A stretch of 60,438 bases of DNA, counting the filler. It is 5 parts of 5 records of this genome, joined end to end, with 100 filler letters (N's around TTAATTAATTAA, not from the genome) between each part and the next. Parts side by side here need not be neighbours in the genome. Positions count along the whole stretch, not along the records: positions 49,756 to 60,438 come from SRR20825019_2214; 4 more parts are not named here. One strand, written 5' to 3'. Shown here piece by piece: positions 52,309 to 60,438 of the stretch. Under the pieces are notes generated by a model, which searched no databases, had not been told where the DNA came from, and saw nothing but the letters and a program-made list of their open reading frames with translations. Each line of letters opens with the position of its first letter. Position 1 is the first letter of the stretch. The position numbers and the translations under genes were made by a program.

Positions 52309-53175
52309 ATGCCACTCAAACCATTTCGCCCGCTGACCCCGACTCAGCGCTTCACCACCCTCAACAGCAACAAGACGCTTGCCAAAAAGCGCCCTGAGCG
52401 CGCGTTGACGGAATCCAAGCACAAGACCGGTGGTCGCAACGTCTATGGCCGCATCACATCGCGTCGTCGCGGTGGAGGCCACAAGCAGCTTTACCGTATC
52501 GTCGACTTCCGTCGCGACATTCTCGACATGCCAGCCAAGGTGCAGGCAATCGAGTATGATCCGAATCGTTCTGCCAATATCGCTCTGGTGGCTTACACCA
52601 ACGGTGAGAAGCGCTACATTCTTGCTCCCGAGGGGCTCGAAGTCGGTGCAAGCATCAAAGCTGCCGATAGTGCCAACCGGAATGAATTCGTCGTGGGTAA
52701 TAATTACCCCCTTTCGATCATCCCTCTTTCCACTCGTTTGCATGCCGTGGAGTTGATCCCCGGTCGCGGCGCCCAGATCGCCCGTTCCGCTGGCACCTCC
52801 TTGCAGTTGGTCGCTGTCGAAAATGGCATGGCTCAACTCAAAATGCCTTCCGGTGAACTCCGTTTGGTCAATGCCAAGTGCCGCGCCACGATTGGTGAAG
52901 TCGGTAACGGCGATCATGGTAACCAAAAACTCGGCAAAGCTGGCCGCGCCCGTTGGCTCGGCAAGCGCCCCCGCGTTCGTGGTATGGTGATGAATCCCGT
53001 CGATCACCCCAATGGTGGTGGTAACGGAAAATCCAAGGGTGGTGGCGGACGCCAGCAACCTGTGTCGCCTTGGGGTCAGCTCGCCAAGGGCTTCCCAACT
53101 CGCCGTCGTTCCAAGGCCTCCAATAGCCTGATCATTGTTCACCATAACGGCCGCAAGCCACGTGGACGCAAATAA
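52309..53175 (+). CDS. rplB: 50S ribosomal protein L2
   Basis: EYDPNRSA, MNPVDHP. Confidence 0.98.
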   Translation: MPLKPFRPLTPTQRFTTLNSNKTLAKKRPERALTESKHKTGGRNVYGRITSRRRGGGHKQLYRIVDFRRDILDMPAKVQAIEYDPNRSANIALVAYTNGEKRYILAPEGLEVGASIKAADSANRNEFVVGNNYPLSIIPLSTRLHAVELIPGRGAQIARSAGTSLQLVAVENGMAQLKMPSGELRLVNAKCRATIGEVGNGDHGNQKLGKAGRARWLGKRPRVRGMVMNPVDHPNGGGNGKSKGGGGRQQPVSPWGQLAKGFPTRRRSKASNSLIIVHHNGRKPRGRK

Positions 53176-53194
53176 CTCTTAGCACACTCGACTC

Positions 53195-53464
53195 ATGGCA
53201 CGTTCCATCAAAAAAGGCTTCTTCGTTGACTATCACCTTCTCTCCAAAATCGAGAAGGCTGAGCAATCGGGGGGCCGCAAACCTATCCAGACCTGGTCAC
53301 GCCGTTCGACGATCACTCCTGATTTCGTCGGCCACACCTTCAATGTTCATAACGGCAAGACCTTCGTTACGGTCTACGTTACGGAAAACATGGTCGGCCA
53401 CAAACTCGGCGAATTCTCGCTGACCCGCACCTTCAAAGCTCACGGCAATACCGCCAAGAAATAA
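53195..53464 (+). CDS. rpsS: 30S ribosomal protein S19
   Basis: TWSRRS, GHKLGEF. Confidence 0.98.
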   Translation: MARSIKKGFFVDYHLLSKIEKAEQSGGRKPIQTWSRRSTITPDFVGHTFNVHNGKTFVTVYVTENMVGHKLGEFSLTRTFKAHGNTAKK

Positions 53465-53534
53465 TCTGACATTATAACTCAAAAGGGCAGGGGGTCACTC
53501 CGATCCTACTGTCGCCTTCAAAGGAATCATCTCA

Positions 53535-53876
53535 ATGGAAGTTCTCTCACTCACCCGCAACGCACGCATGTCGCCCAAGAAGATGCGTGATGTGGCCCGC
53601 ATCATCCAGGGCCGCAAGGCTGCCGCAGCTGTCGATTATTTGACGCTGATCCCGCGCAAGTCCGCCCGCTTGATCAATAAGACGCTCAAGAGCGCCATCG
53701 CCAACGCCGAGAATAATAACAATCTCTCGGCTGACGATCTCACGATTAAGTCCGCGATCATCGAAAATGGTCCGGTGCTCAAACGTTTCAAAGCCGGTGC
53801 CCGTGGCACGGCAAAGCCCCGTCGCAAGAAAATGTCTCACATCCGCATCGTCCTCACTGACGGCAACACCAACTGA
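53535..53876 (+). CDS. rplV: 50S ribosomal protein L22
   Basis: [14 protein letters not shown]. Confidence 0.97.
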   Translation: MEVLSLTRNARMSPKKMRDVARIIQGRKAAAAVDYLTLIPRKSARLINKTLKSAIANAENNNNLSADDLTIKSAIIENGPVLKRFKAGARGTAKPRRKKMSHIRIVLTDGNTN

Positions 53877-53884
53877 TTTATACC

Positions 53885-54517
53885 ATGGGCCAAAAAACCA
53901 ATCCAATCGGTTTCCGTCTAGCCGTCCGTCGCAACTGGCAATCTCGCTGGTATGCTACCAAGAAGGACTTCGGCAAGCTCCTCCAAGAAGATAATCTGAT
54001 CCGTGAAAAGCTCATGGAAAAGTTGAAGCAGGCCTCCGTGCCCCGTATCTTTATTGAGCGCGCTTCCAACCGTGTTCGCGTGAAGATTTACACCGCCCGT
54101 CCCGGTATCGTGATCGGTCGTAAGGGTCAGGAAATCGAGAAGATCAAAGACGATCTCTCCAAGTTGACCGGCAAGGAAATCCTTCTCGATATCCAAGAGG
54201 TCAAGAAACCTGAAATCGAAGCACAGCTCGTCGCTGAAAATGTAGCTCTGCAGCTCGAACGCCGGATTGCCTTCCGTCGCGCCATGAAAAAGGCCGTCGA
54301 AATTGCGATGACTCTCGGTGCTGAAGGTATTCGTATCCAATGCTCGGGTCGTCTCGGTGGTGCGGATATCGCCCGTCGCGAATGGCAGCGTAAGGGTCGG
54401 GTGCCATTGCACACCTTGCGTGAAAATATCGATTACGGCTTCACCGAAGCTAACACCGTTTACGGTAAGATCGGCATCAAGTGCTGGATCTGCAAACCCG
54501 AAGCCGACAACAACTGA
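53885..54517 (+). CDS. rpsC: 30S ribosomal protein S3
   Basis: [16 protein letters not shown]. Confidence 0.98.
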   Translation: MGQKTNPIGFRLAVRRNWQSRWYATKKDFGKLLQEDNLIREKLMEKLKQASVPRIFIERASNRVRVKIYTARPGIVIGRKGQEIEKIKDDLSKLTGKEILLDIQEVKKPEIEAQLVAENVALQLERRIAFRRAMKKAVEIAMTLGAEGIRIQCSGRLGGADIARREWQRKGRVPLHTLRENIDYGFTEANTVYGKIGIKCWICKPEADNN

Positions 54518-54553
54518 TCCCCTAGGATTACTCAAATTTAGGAGACAATACAC

Positions 54554-54970
54554 ATGGCTCTCGCACCAGCTCGCACCAAATATCGCAAATCACAAAAAGG
54601 ATCCCGCGCCGGGAATGCCAAGCGTGGCAACACGCTCGCTTTCGGTGACTACGGTCTGCAATCCCTGACCCGCGGTCCGATGACCGGACGTCAAATTGAA
54701 GCCGCCCGTGTGACCATTACCCGCCACTTGAAGCGTAAGGGTAAGGTCTGGATTCGGGTTTTCCCTCACAAGTCCGTTACCAAGAAGCCTGCGGAAACCC
54801 GCATGGGTAAAGGTAAGGGCTCTGTTGATCATTACGTGGCCGTCATCAAACCAGGCGCCATGCTCTTTGAACTTTCCGGCGTGCCCGCGTCTGTCGCGAA
54901 GGAAGCCTTTCGTCTCGCTGACGCCAAGCTGCCTTTCCACTGCCGATTCACCACCCGCGAAGGCAATTAA
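54554..54970 (+). CDS. rplP: 50S ribosomal protein L16
   Basis: RMGKGKG. Confidence 0.98.
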   Translation: MALAPARTKYRKSQKGSRAGNAKRGNTLAFGDYGLQSLTRGPMTGRQIEAARVTITRHLKRKGKVWIRVFPHKSVTKKPAETRMGKGKGSVDHYVAVIKPGAMLFELSGVPASVAKEAFRLADAKLPFHCRFTTREGN

Positions 54971-54998
54971 GGCCTGAGTAAAACTGGACCATATAGCC

Positions 54999-55196
54999 AT
55001 GACTTCGAAAGAAATCCGCGAACTCTCGCCCGTCGAGATCACCACTAAGCTCCGCGAAACGCGTGAGCAACTCCTCCAATTGCGTTTGCGTAAGCAAACC
55101 GGTCAGGTGGAGAAAACTCACGAGCTGCGTGTTCTCCGTAAGGACATTGCGCGTCTCGAGACCCTCCTGAACGAAAAGAACCGTCAAGCCGCCTGA
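54999..55196 (+). CDS. rpmC: 50S ribosomal protein L29
   Basis: RKDIARLET; operon position. Confidence 0.96.
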   Translation: MTSKEIRELSPVEITTKLRETREQLLQLRLRKQTGQVEKTHELRVLRKDIARLETLLNEKNRQAA

Positions 55197-55210
55197 GGCG
55201 CCTACCAGCC

Positions 55211-55546
55211 ATGTCAACACACGCCCGCCACAACAGTCGCAAGACTCTGATCGGATTCGTCACCAGTCGCTCCGGCGACAAATCAATCAAGGTCACGATT
55301 CCCTACAAGGTGCCGCATCCTTTGTATCACAAGATCGTTAACCGCAAGTCCGTCGTGCATGCTCACGACGAGAAGAATGAAGCCAACATCGGCGACAAGG
55401 TTGAGATCATGGAGACCCGTCCGCTCAGCCGTCTCAAGCGCTGGCGCATCACCTCGATTTTGGAACACGCTGTTGTCGCCGCCGATGTGGCTGTCACCGA
55501 AAGCGACGTTGCCGAAGTCGTTCCCACCAAGACCACCGAGTCCTAA
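55211..55546 (+). CDS. rpsQ: 30S ribosomal protein S17 (C-terminally extended)
   Basis: HAHDE, ETRPLS. Confidence 0.97.
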   Translation: MSTHARHNSRKTLIGFVTSRSGDKSIKVTIPYKVPHPLYHKIVNRKSVVHAHDEKNEANIGDKVEIMETRPLSRLKRWRITSILEHAVVAADVAVTESDVAEVVPTKTTES

Positions 55547-55590
55547 GACCGCGGTTTCCTAAATTCCTATTTTCAACCTAAAGGTTTGTC

Positions 55591-55959
55591 ATGATTCAAC
55601 TGCGTTCCGTTCTCACTGTAGCCGATAATACCGGCGCCCGGAAAGTCGCGATGATCCGTAAATCGGGTCAGAACACTAAGACCGCCGGTGTCGGCGATAT
55701 CATCACCGTTCACGTGCGTGAAAGCTCGACTGACGCGAGCGTGAAGAAGGGTGAGGTCGCCAAGGCCGTTGTCGTTCGCACCAAGGCTCCGGTGCGTCGC
55801 GCCGATGGCAGCTACCTGCGTTTCGACAGCAATGCCGTTGTCATCCTCGATGGCAGCAACTCTAACCCCAAGGGCACCCGAATCTTCGGACCAGTGGCCC
55901 GCGAACTACGCGCGAAGAAGTTTATGAAGATCATCTCGCTCGCACCGGAGGTTCTCTAA
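55591..55959 (+). CDS. rplN: 50S ribosomal protein L14
   Basis: [18 protein letters not shown]. Confidence 0.98.
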   Translation: MIQLRSVLTVADNTGARKVAMIRKSGQNTKTAGVGDIITVHVRESSTDASVKKGEVAKAVVVRTKAPVRRADGSYLRFDSNAVVILDGSNSNPKGTRIFGPVARELRAKKFMKIISLAPEVL

Positions 55960-55960
55960 C

Positions 55961-56233
55961 ATGTTAAAAGCTCACATTAAACGTAACGATCAAGTCGTCG
56001 TCATTTCCGGCTCCCACAAGGGGAAGGAAGGTAAAGTCCTTGAGATTCTTCCTGCCAAATACCGCGCGCGCGTCGAAGGTGTCGCCATGGTGAAACGTCA
56101 CTTGAAGAAGACTCAGGAGAGTCCTCAGGGTTCGATTTCCGAACGCGAAGGATCCATCCATATCTCCAATCTCATGCTCAAATCGGTTTACGATGAGAGC
56201 AAACGCAACAAAGCAGAAGTGGTCGCTAATTAA
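55961..56233 (+). CDS. rplX: 50S ribosomal protein L24
   Basis: KOW motif, IHISNL. Confidence 0.97.
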   Translation: MLKAHIKRNDQVVVISGSHKGKEGKVLEILPAKYRARVEGVAMVKRHLKKTQESPQGSISEREGSIHISNLMLKSVYDESKRNKAEVVAN

Positions 56234-56342
56234 TCGTCCAACTGCATGCTTGCCAAACCTAACTTAGAACTGCGTTACTGATCGCTTTTCCTCAGCAAAC
56301 CAAGCCCATCGCCTCCGGGTCGGAAATCCGGTGGCCACTATT

Positions 56343-56903
56343 ATGAGCGCCATTCCTTCACTCAAAGCCCACTACAACGAACAGGTCGTTCCCGCCCTGA
56401 CGAAGACTCGTGGCTACAAGAATAACCATAACGTTCCGCAAATCACGAAGATCGTTCTTAACACGGGGATTGATACCAATGCCGATAAGAATCAGATCAA
56501 CGACATTCAGCGTGACCTCAGCTTGATTGCGGGCCAGAAGCCCGTTCTCACCAAAGCAAAGAAGGCGATTTCGAACTTCAAGCTGCGCCAAGGCCAGGTG
56601 GTCGGTTGCTGCGTAACCTTGCGCGGTAACGCGATGTGGGAATTCCTCTATCGCACTCTCGCGGTCGCCCTGCCAACCATCCGTGACTTCCGGGGAGTCT
56701 CCACGAAGCTTGATGGCAACGGTAACTACAATCTGGGTATCACCGATTTTACTATTTTCCCGGAAATCACCGTGGAAAACGTCAAGACCAACATGGGACT
56801 TGATATCACCATCGTCACGACTGCCAAGTCCGACGACGAAGGCCGCGAGCTGCTCCAGCTCCTTGGGATGCCCTTCCGTCGTGTCGAAAAAAGCGCCGCC
56901 TAA
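56343..56903 (+). CDS. rplE: 50S ribosomal protein L5
   Basis: GQKP, IRDFRG, IFPEI. Confidence 0.98.
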   Translation: MSAIPSLKAHYNEQVVPALTKTRGYKNNHNVPQITKIVLNTGIDTNADKNQINDIQRDLSLIAGQKPVLTKAKKAISNFKLRQGQVVGCCVTLRGNAMWEFLYRTLAVALPTIRDFRGVSTKLDGNGNYNLGITDFTIFPEITVENVKTNMGLDITIVTTAKSDDEGRELLQLLGMPFRRVEKSAA

Positions 56904-56915
56904 TTTTACCGAGCC

Positions 56916-57221
56916 ATGCCGAAAACATCTGCCATCGAACGCAACAAGAAGCGTATCCGTCTCGTCGAGAAGTATCAGGCCAAGCGTGCTGAGCTCAAAG
57001 CTCTCCTCGCCAATCCTGATACCAGTGACGAAGATTTCTTCGCCGCGCAGCGCAAGCTCGCGAAGTTGCCCCGCAACTCCTCCAAAGTGCGCATCAAAAA
57101 CCGCTGCGCGCTGAGTGGTCGTCCTCGCGCCTACATCCGTAAATTCGGCATGTCCCGTATCACCTTCCGCGAATTCGCGTTGGCCGGAAAAATCCCCGGC
57201 GTGACGAAATCCTCCTGGTAA
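56916..57221 (+). CDS. rpsN: 30S ribosomal protein S14 (long, non-zinc form)
   Basis: [18 protein letters not shown]; 101 aa. Confidence 0.98.
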   Translation: MPKTSAIERNKKRIRLVEKYQAKRAELKALLANPDTSDEDFFAAQRKLAKLPRNSSKVRIKNRCALSGRPRAYIRKFGMSRITFREFALAGKIPGVTKSSW

Positions 57222-57284
57222 ACTTTAAATTGGGACGACGGGAGTTGGATATGACCCGTCGCCTCATCAAACCAAACATCCACT

Positions 57285-57677
57285 ATGAACGATCCTATCA
57301 GTGATTTTCTGACCCGCCTCCGCAATGCGTCGAGGGCCCGTCTTGATGAGTGCGTTGCACCGCATTCCAAACTCAAGGAGAGCATTGCTGCTATCCTCAA
57401 AAGTGATGGTTTCATCACCGATTACAGCGTTGGCGCGGACGACCGCGGCCACAAGACGCTCATCGTCAATATGAAGTATGTCGATGGTTCCCCTGTGATC
57501 ACCGACCTACAGCGCGTGTCGAAACCCGGCCGTCGCCTTTACTTCAAATACACCGAGATTCCCCGTGTTCTGAACGGCCTCGGTATTTCCATTCTCTCCA
57601 CGTCCAAAGGTCTGATGAAAGACCAGGACTGCCGCCGCAACAAGGCGGGTGGCGAGGTCATCTGCAAGATTTGGTAA
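57285..57677 (+). CDS. rpsH: 30S ribosomal protein S8
   Basis: DPISDFLTRLRN, SKPGRR. Confidence 0.98.
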   Translation: MNDPISDFLTRLRNASRARLDECVAPHSKLKESIAAILKSDGFITDYSVGADDRGHKTLIVNMKYVDGSPVITDLQRVSKPGRRLYFKYTEIPRVLNGLGISILSTSKGLMKDQDCRRNKAGGEVICKIW

Positions 57678-57690
57678 GGAGAAACGCACC

Positions 57691-58227
57691 ATGAGTCGCA
57701 TTGGCAAACAACCCATTCCCGTTCCTGCAAAGGTAAAGGTCGATATCCAGGGACACACCGTTTCCGTGGAAGGCCCGAAAGGGAAGATCACCAAGAGCTT
57801 TGCTCCGGTGGTTTCAATCACCCAAGAAGAGCAAGTCATCTCCGTGACCCCATCCGAAGACACGCGTTTCGCCCGTGCCATGTATGGCACCGCCCGTTCC
57901 ATCATTGCTGGAATGGTCAAGGGAGTCGACGAGGGTTTCTTTAAGGAACTCGAGATTAAAGGCGTCGGTTTCCGCGCTGTGCTCAAGGGGAACAAACTCG
58001 ACCTCGCGTTGGGCTATTCTCACGAAATTATCATGGATGTGCCTGAAGGCATTACCATCACCATCACCGATCAGACCAAGGTCAAAGTTGAGGGTGCCGA
58101 TAAGCAACTCGTCGGTGCAGTCACCGCAGAGATGCGTAGCTACTACCCACCAGAGCCTTACAAGGGCAAGGGTGTCCATATTGTGGGTGATCCGGTCCGC
58201 CGTAAGGAAGGCAAGACTGTCGCTTAA
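57691..58227 (+). CDS. rplF: 50S ribosomal protein L6
   Basis: MSRIGK, PEPYKGKG. Confidence 0.98.
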   Translation: MSRIGKQPIPVPAKVKVDIQGHTVSVEGPKGKITKSFAPVVSITQEEQVISVTPSEDTRFARAMYGTARSIIAGMVKGVDEGFFKELEIKGVGFRAVLKGNKLDLALGYSHEIIMDVPEGITITITDQTKVKVEGADKQLVGAVTAEMRSYYPPEPYKGKGVHIVGDPVRRKEGKTVA

Positions 58228-58263
58228 TCCCAATCGTAATTACTTATTTTCAAGGGCACACCC

Positions 58264-58626
58264 ATGAACACTATTCACAAATCCAAACTCCTCCAGCGTC
58301 GCCGTTGGAGAATCCGCAAGAAGATCAACGGCACTGCGGAACGTCCCCGCCTGACCGTCAAATTCACTGGCAAGCACATCTATGCGCAGGCTGTTGATGA
58401 CGACAATGCTGTGACCCTCGCCTTTCTTTCCAGTCTCGATGCCGAGCTGCGGAAAAAGAAACTCGCTGCCAACGTGGCGGGTGCAAAGGAACTTGGCACC
58501 GCTTTTGCGGAAAAGGCCAAGGCAGCCGGGATCACCAGTGTGGTCTTTGATCGCAACGGAGCCCGTTTCCACGGGAAAGTTAAACAATTCGCCGATTCTG
58601 CCCGTGAGGGTGGACTTCAATTCTAA
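58264..58626 (+). CDS. rplR: 50S ribosomal protein L18
   Basis: GTAERPRL, VFDR. Confidence 0.98.
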   Translation: MNTIHKSKLLQRRRWRIRKKINGTAERPRLTVKFTGKHIYAQAVDDDNAVTLAFLSSLDAELRKKKLAANVAGAKELGTAFAEKAKAAGITSVVFDRNGARFHGKVKQFADSAREGGLQF

Positions 58627-58635
58627 GGCACGCCC

Positions 58636-59277
58636 ATGAGCACTGATACCAAACCCGCCTCTACTGAAACTCCTTCTTCCGCCCCGGCGAATACCGGAGC
58701 CGCTCCAGATCAACGCCCCGGTGGCAATCGTCCCGGCGGTAATCGTCCCGGACAGCGTCGCGACAATCGCGGTGGTCCTCGTCGCGACAATCGTCGCCGC
58801 GATGATTCCCCGAGTGATGGTCCGACCATGATCGAGAAAGTGGTTTTCATCAACCGCTGCGCCAAGGTCGTCAAAGGTGGTCGTCGTTTCAGCTTTTCCG
58901 CTCTCTCCGTGGTTGGGGATGGCAAGGGCAAGCTCGGCGTCGGCTATGGCAAGGCCAACGAAGTTCCTGAAGCCATTCGCAAAAGCACGGCTCACGCCAA
59001 CAAGCACATGGTCGATGTGAAGCTCAAGGGCGACACCATCCCCCATGAAGTTCTCGGTGAATCCGATGGCGGCAAAGTGCTGCTTCGTCCGGCAGTGACC
59101 GGAACGGGCCTCATCGCCGGTGGCGGTGTGCGTGCCGTTCTCGAGGCTGCCGGTGTGAAGAACGTGCTGACGAAATCGCTCGGTTCGAACAACCACCTGG
59201 CGGTTGTGAACGCAACATTGGCCGGTTTGCTGAAATTGCGCTCCCGCGAGCAAATTACCGCTGCCCGTCAGGGTTGA
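58636..59277 (+). CDS. rpsE: 30S ribosomal protein S5 (N-terminally extended)
   Basis: [19 protein letters not shown]. Confidence 0.98.
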   Translation: MSTDTKPASTETPSSAPANTGAAPDQRPGGNRPGGNRPGQRRDNRGGPRRDNRRRDDSPSDGPTMIEKVVFINRCAKVVKGGRRFSFSALSVVGDGKGKLGVGYGKANEVPEAIRKSTAHANKHMVDVKLKGDTIPHEVLGESDGGKVLLRPAVTGTGLIAGGGVRAVLEAAGVKNVLTKSLGSNNHLAVVNATLAGLLKLRSREQITAARQG

Positions 59278-59353
59278 TCGACAGATTTAAACACTATTAT
59301 CCGAGTCCAACCCTCTACTAAACAGGGGAGGGCGCTCCCAAACGAGGAACCTA

Positions 59354-59800
59354 ATGAAACTACACGAACTCAAGAATGTTAAAGGTGCGGTGCACCGTAA
59401 AAAGCGCATCGGCTGCGGCGAAGGTGGCGGCCATGGTAAGACCTCCGGTCGCGGTGGCAAAGGCCAGACCGCTCGTTCCGGTGGCAGCATCCGCCCTGGT
59501 TTTGAAGGTGGTCAAATGCCCCTTTATCGCAAATTGCCTCATCGTGGCTTTAATCAAGCTGCTTTCCGCACGGAAGCTGCCGTTGTTAACCTCGAAGATC
59601 TGAAGGCTATCGCCGACGACGTGACCGAGGTAAATGCACAGGTGCTTTTCGCTAGCGGTCTTCTCCGGAAGGACGAAACGTTCGTCAAGGTCTTGGGCAA
59701 CGGGGAAATCACCCGCGCGCTCAAGATCACCGCATCGAAATTCTCCGCTTCAGCGAAAGCCAAGATCGAGAAGGCCGGTGGTGAAGCCATCGTTGCTTAA
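59354..59800 (+). CDS. rplO: 50S ribosomal protein L15
   Basis: GFEGGQMPL. Confidence 0.98.
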   Translation: MKLHELKNVKGAVHRKKRIGCGEGGGHGKTSGRGGKGQTARSGGSIRPGFEGGQMPLYRKLPHRGFNQAAFRTEAAVVNLEDLKAIADDVTEVNAQVLFASGLLRKDETFVKVLGNGEITRALKITASKFSASAKAKIEKAGGEAIVA

Positions 59801-59862
59801 TGTAAGTTACGGGATATCAGTTCTCGTTCTTCTCTTCTCACGATCCCAGACCCTCTCACTTA

Positions 59863-60438
59863 ATGTTATCCGCCTTCACGAACTCCCTGAAGATCCCAGA
59901 GTTGCGGTCGCGCATCGTTTACACGCTGTCACTACTCTTTGTGGCTCGGGTCGCAGCGCATATTCCGCTTCCGGGGATTGATCCTCAACCTTTGCAAGCC
60001 TTCTTCGCCGATCAGACCGCTGATGGGGGAGGTGCCTTGGTAGGACTCTACAACATGTTCACCGGTGGTGCGCTGGTGAAGGGAGCAATCGCGGCCTTGG
60101 GCATCATGCCCTATATCAGTGCTTCGATTATCTTTCAATTGATGACGGCAGTGGTCCCGGCCTTGAGCCGTCTCCAGCAGGAAGGTGACGTGGGGCGTCA
60201 AAAGCTCACCCAATACACCCGTTATGCGACGGTGATTATTTGTATTGTTCAGGGAGCTTTGCTCATTCTGGCCTTGGAGAATCCCGGACGCTTGTTCCCT
60301 GGTTACGATGTCGCCACCTATGGTTCGATCGTGATGGTGGGGAAACTCAGTTTCCTGATCACCTCAGTGATCTTTATGACGGCCGGCACGATGTTGCTGA
60401 TGTGGCTTGGTGAACAAATCACCCAGCGTGGTATCGGT
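59863..60438 (+). CDS. secY: Preprotein translocase SecY (partial, runs off window)
   Basis: MLSAFTNSLKIPELRSRI, LGIMPYISASII, WLGEQIT.RGIG. Not in the ORF track because it has no stop. Confidence 0.97.
   Translation, partial: MLSAFTNSLKIPELRSRIVYTLSLLFVARVAAHIPLPGIDPQPLQAFFADQTADGGGALVGLYNMFTGGALVKGAIAALGIMPYISASIIFQLMTAVVPALSRLQQEGDVGRQKLTQYTRYATVIICIVQGALLILALENPGRLFPGYDVATYGSIVMVGKLSFLITSVIFMTAGTMLLMWLGEQITQRGIG

Noticed and set aside
50272-59354. No tuf between fusA and rpsJ, and no rpmD between rpsE and rplO
   Set aside because: Known PVC-lineage traits. Useful for taxonomy but not novel.

Overview
This window is not one locus. It holds five unrelated contigs joined by 100-nt spacers (44 N + TTAATTAATTAA + 44 N). 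(1) 1-9465, alphaproteobacterial: LacI-controlled sugar-type ABC transporter plus phosphotriesterase-family hydrolase, a broken AraC gene, a stand-alone HNH nuclease and a truncated DUF2339 membrane protein. (2) 9566-27815, alphaproteobacterial: a Cas-less Tn7-like transposon (XRE-tnsA-tnsB-tnsC, with a detached, divergently transcribed 612-aa tniQ). One end is readable: 8-bp TGT terminus at 27788, three candidate TnsB sites and an IHF consensus. Probable cargo includes a HipA C-terminus, GNAT, a secreted ClpP-like protein, a REase-NB-ARC-TPR (NLR/Avs-like) protein, a metallophosphoesterase, HxlR/EamA, DUF2235 and a dead HEPN toxin. Several cargo genes are separated by a degenerate, co-oriented ~55-bp palindromic repeat family. 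(3) 27916-35544, eukaryotic (Perkinsus-like by inference): four genes with 19 GT-AG introns of 46-63 nt, including glycine C-acetyltransferase, with extremely GC-rich islands at the 5' ends. (4) 35645-49655, Rhizobiales-like: TetR-regulated catabolic cluster (CoA ligase, SCP2-type thiolase, FAH, TRAP, MBL hydrolase, GST), ycaQ, bioMNY, thioesterase, xseB, pirin, dxs. (5) 49756-60438, Verrucomicrobia-like: fusA-S10-spc ribosomal protein cluster to secY. The best novelty candidates are in contig 2: repeat-delimited cargo cassettes, the NLR-like defence protein and the split tniQ/tnsABC layout with a shared operator. All calls come from reading motifs by eye; no searches were run.
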